64,000 bases of DNA from Octopus bimaculoides (Eukaryota). The translations under genes and the position numbers were made by a program. Below, piece by piece: positions 61,500 to 64,000 of the stretch (position 1 is its first letter; every line of letters begins with the position of its first letter). A model generated the notes under the pieces. That model had not been told where the DNA came from, did not search any database, and was given only the letters and a program-made list of their open reading frames with translations. The DNA lies in the NCBI RefSeq assembly GCF_001194135.2, contig NC_069005.1, forward strand, positions 21,362,398-21,426,397, written 5' to 3'.

Positions 61500-61735
61500 A
61501 GGCGGCAAGCTGTCAGAATCGTTAGCATGCTGGGTGAAATGCTTAGCGGTATTTCGTCTGCTGTTACATTCTGAGTTCAAATTCCGCCAAGGTTGACTTT
61601 GCCTTTCATCCTTTCGGGGTTGATTAAATAAGTACCAGTTACACACTGGGGTCGATGTAATTGACTTAATCCGTTTGTCTGTCCTTGTTTGTCCTCTCTG
61701 TGTGTAGCCCCTTGTGGGCAGTAAAGAAATAAGAA
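61500..61735 (+). mobile_element. SINE family B with direct repeat aagaatctctcagccc
   Basis: Full B consensus. aagaatctctcagccc occurs just before the head and again after the taaagaaataa tail. Confidence 0.85.
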
Positions 61736-62608
61736 TCTCTCAGCCCTTGAATCACTGTGTTTGTCCTCACCCACCACTTGACACTTAGTGTTGGTGTGTT
61801 TATGTCTCTATAACTTAGCAGTTTGGCAAAAGAGACCAATAGAATAAGAACTTGGCTTTAAAAAAAATAGGTCCTGAGGTNNNNNNNNNNNNNNNNNNNN
61901 NNNNNNNNNNNNNNNNNNNNNNNNNNNNNNNNNNNNNNNNNNNNNNNNNNNNNNNNNNNNNNNNNNNNNNNNNNNNNNNNNNNNNNNNNNNNNNNNNNNN
62001 NNNNNNNNNNNNNNNNNNNNNNNNNNNNNNNNNNNNNNNNNNNNNNNNNNNNNNNNNNNNNNNNNNNNNNNNNNNNNNNNNNNNNNNNNNNNNNNNNNNN
62101 NNNNNNNNNNNNNNNNNNNNNNNNNNNNNNNNNNNNNNNNNNNNNNNNNNNNNNNNNNNNNNNNNNNNNNNNNNNNNNNNNNNNNNNNNNNNNNNNNNNN
62201 NNNNNNNNNNNNNNNNNNNNNNNNNNNNNNNNNNNNNNNNNNNNNNNNNNNNNNNNNNNNNNNNNNNNNNNNNNNNNNNNNNNNNNNNNNNNNNNNNNNN
62301 NNNNNNNNNNNNNNNNNNNNNNNNNNNNNNNNNNNNNNNNNNNNNNNNNNNNNNNNNNNNNNNNNNNNNNNNNNNNNNNNNNNNNNNNNNNNNNNNNNNN
62401 NNNNNNNNNNNNNNNNNNNNNNNNNNNNNNNNNNNNNNNNNNNNNNNNNNNNNNNNNNNNNNNNNNNNNNNNNNNNNNNNNNNNNNNNNNNNNNNNNNNN
62501 NNNNNNNNNNNNNNNNNNNNNNNNNNNNNNNNNNNNNNNNNNNNNNNNNNNNNNNNNNNNNNNNNNNNNNNNNNNNNNNNNNNNNNNNNNNNNNNNNNNN
62601 NNNNNNNN

Positions 62609-62850
62609 TGTGCGGGTGGCACATAAAAGACACCATTTCGAGCGTGGCCGTTTTCGTGCGGGTGACACGTAAAAGCACCCACTACACTCTCTGAGTGGTT
62701 GCCATTAGGAAGGGCATCCAGCTGTAGAAACTCTGCCAAATTAGATTGGAGCCTGGTGTTGCCATCCGGTTTCACCAGTCCTCAGTCAAATCGTCCAACC
62801 CATGCTAGCATGGAAAGCAGACGTTAAACGATGATGATGATGATGATGAT
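62609..62850 (+). mobile_element. Family D element, young, with (GAT)n tail
   Basis: gtgcgggtggcacataaaagacacc...aggaagggcatccagctgtagaaactctgcc...gttaaacgatgatgatg. Confidence 0.8.
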
Positions 62851-63767
62851 GTATATATTTGTGTGTGTGTGTGTGTGTTTCTGTGATTGTCCCACTGCCA
62901 TTGCTTGACAACCAATGGTGGTGTGTTTATGTCCCTGTAACTTAGCGGTTCAGCAAAAAGGTCTGATGGAATAAGTACTAGGCTTACAAAGAATAGGTCC
63001 TGGGATCGATTTCTTCGACTAAAACCCTTGAAGGCAGTGCTCCAACATGGCCACAGTCAAATGACTGAAACAAGAAAAAAAATAAAGGAATACACACACA
63101 CACACACGCATACACACGCACATTGTAATGTATGTCTTTAGACCGCATATCTTGTATCAAATTAAAGTCAATATTTTCCTACTTGATAAATATCGGTGTT
63201 GTCTTCATAGAAATACATAGATTTTAAAGAAGAAAGAGTCTGTCGTTTGCAATCTTGTATATATTCCACACTCTGTTTAGACTGTGGCTTTTCTTTTCTT
63301 ATATATTGATTTATGATAATTCAACCTCACAGTTGCTATAATACTTTCATTGTGCTACAAAGATCCACCTTAAGTCACATAAAACATCTTTCATTTGAGT
63401 GCTAAACACGGTGAAAAATAGATCATAATTAATAGGGTGGCATATTATTTCATCAGTATGAATAAGTAATCTTACTAAGTGCAAATTGATTTTTTTTTTC
63501 TTTTTGTTTAAACAACATGTTTTTTTATGGCATGTTATTGCAGAAAAATATTAGTGTTGCTAGCTGAGAAAATTAGAAAATTGAGCAAAATCATTTGAAG
63601 AAAGCATTCTTTATTTGAGGCATGGCTACCTTGAAGTAAAGGTGTTGAAGTATATTTATGTTTGGTATTGCAGTATTATTTCTCAGTTATTTCATTGTTT
63701 CTGTTTACATTGTACAATTATAAGAACTTTTGCTGCTGCAATAGTTAATTACAATTTATGTGTGAGC

Positions 63768-63802
<35 letters not shown>

Positions 63803-64000
63803 TGTATGTATGTATGTATGTACGTACGTATATACATATATATACTGTTGTGTCTGGGGAGAGTCATTTTCTTTTTGTGCCTTATAATTTAACACACTCA
63901 CCAGTAAAATTTCCACTTATTTCTTATTTTTATTTTCCTAAAATTTTCGTTGCGTCTTGCAACCTTTTCAATAGTCTTGACTCTGTCCGTTATTTACACT

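Overview
AT-rich, repeat-dense eukaryotic scaffold with ten N gaps. The SINE families look like those of Octopus; this rests on recognition from memory, not a search. Most of the window is intronic sequence of one + strand gene of the ZCWPW type (CW zinc finger plus PWWP histone reader). Five coding exons can be read with GT-AG sites and consistent phases: 25120-27079 (1960 nt, K/S/N-rich, low complexity), 29005-29019 (15-nt microexon), 34298-34369, 44987-45101 (end of the CW domain and start of PWWP, up to GYPW) and 58846-58921 (WPAMVEIDPD). The exon carrying the core of the CW finger is not visible and most likely sits in the 698-N gap at 34434-35131. The rest of PWWP is not visible and probably lies beyond the window, unless it is in the gap at 61881-62608. 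The introns hold at least five tRNA-derived or LINE-tailed SINE families and piggyBac, Tc1/mariner/pogo and hAT MITEs with intact TIRs and TSDs. They also hold RTE and R4/Dong LINE remnants, a Helentron-type end and many microsatellites. Nearly all short ORFs in the supplied track are SINE, microsatellite or N-gap artefacts. Standout oddities are a 24-bp minisatellite made from the RT catalytic YADD motif, a back-to-back pair of RTE 3' ends carrying C2H2 fingers, and a 218-bp piggyBac that kept only its cysteine-rich domain. Inverted SINEs also bracket the giant exon. There are no rRNA, true tRNA or CRISPR features.
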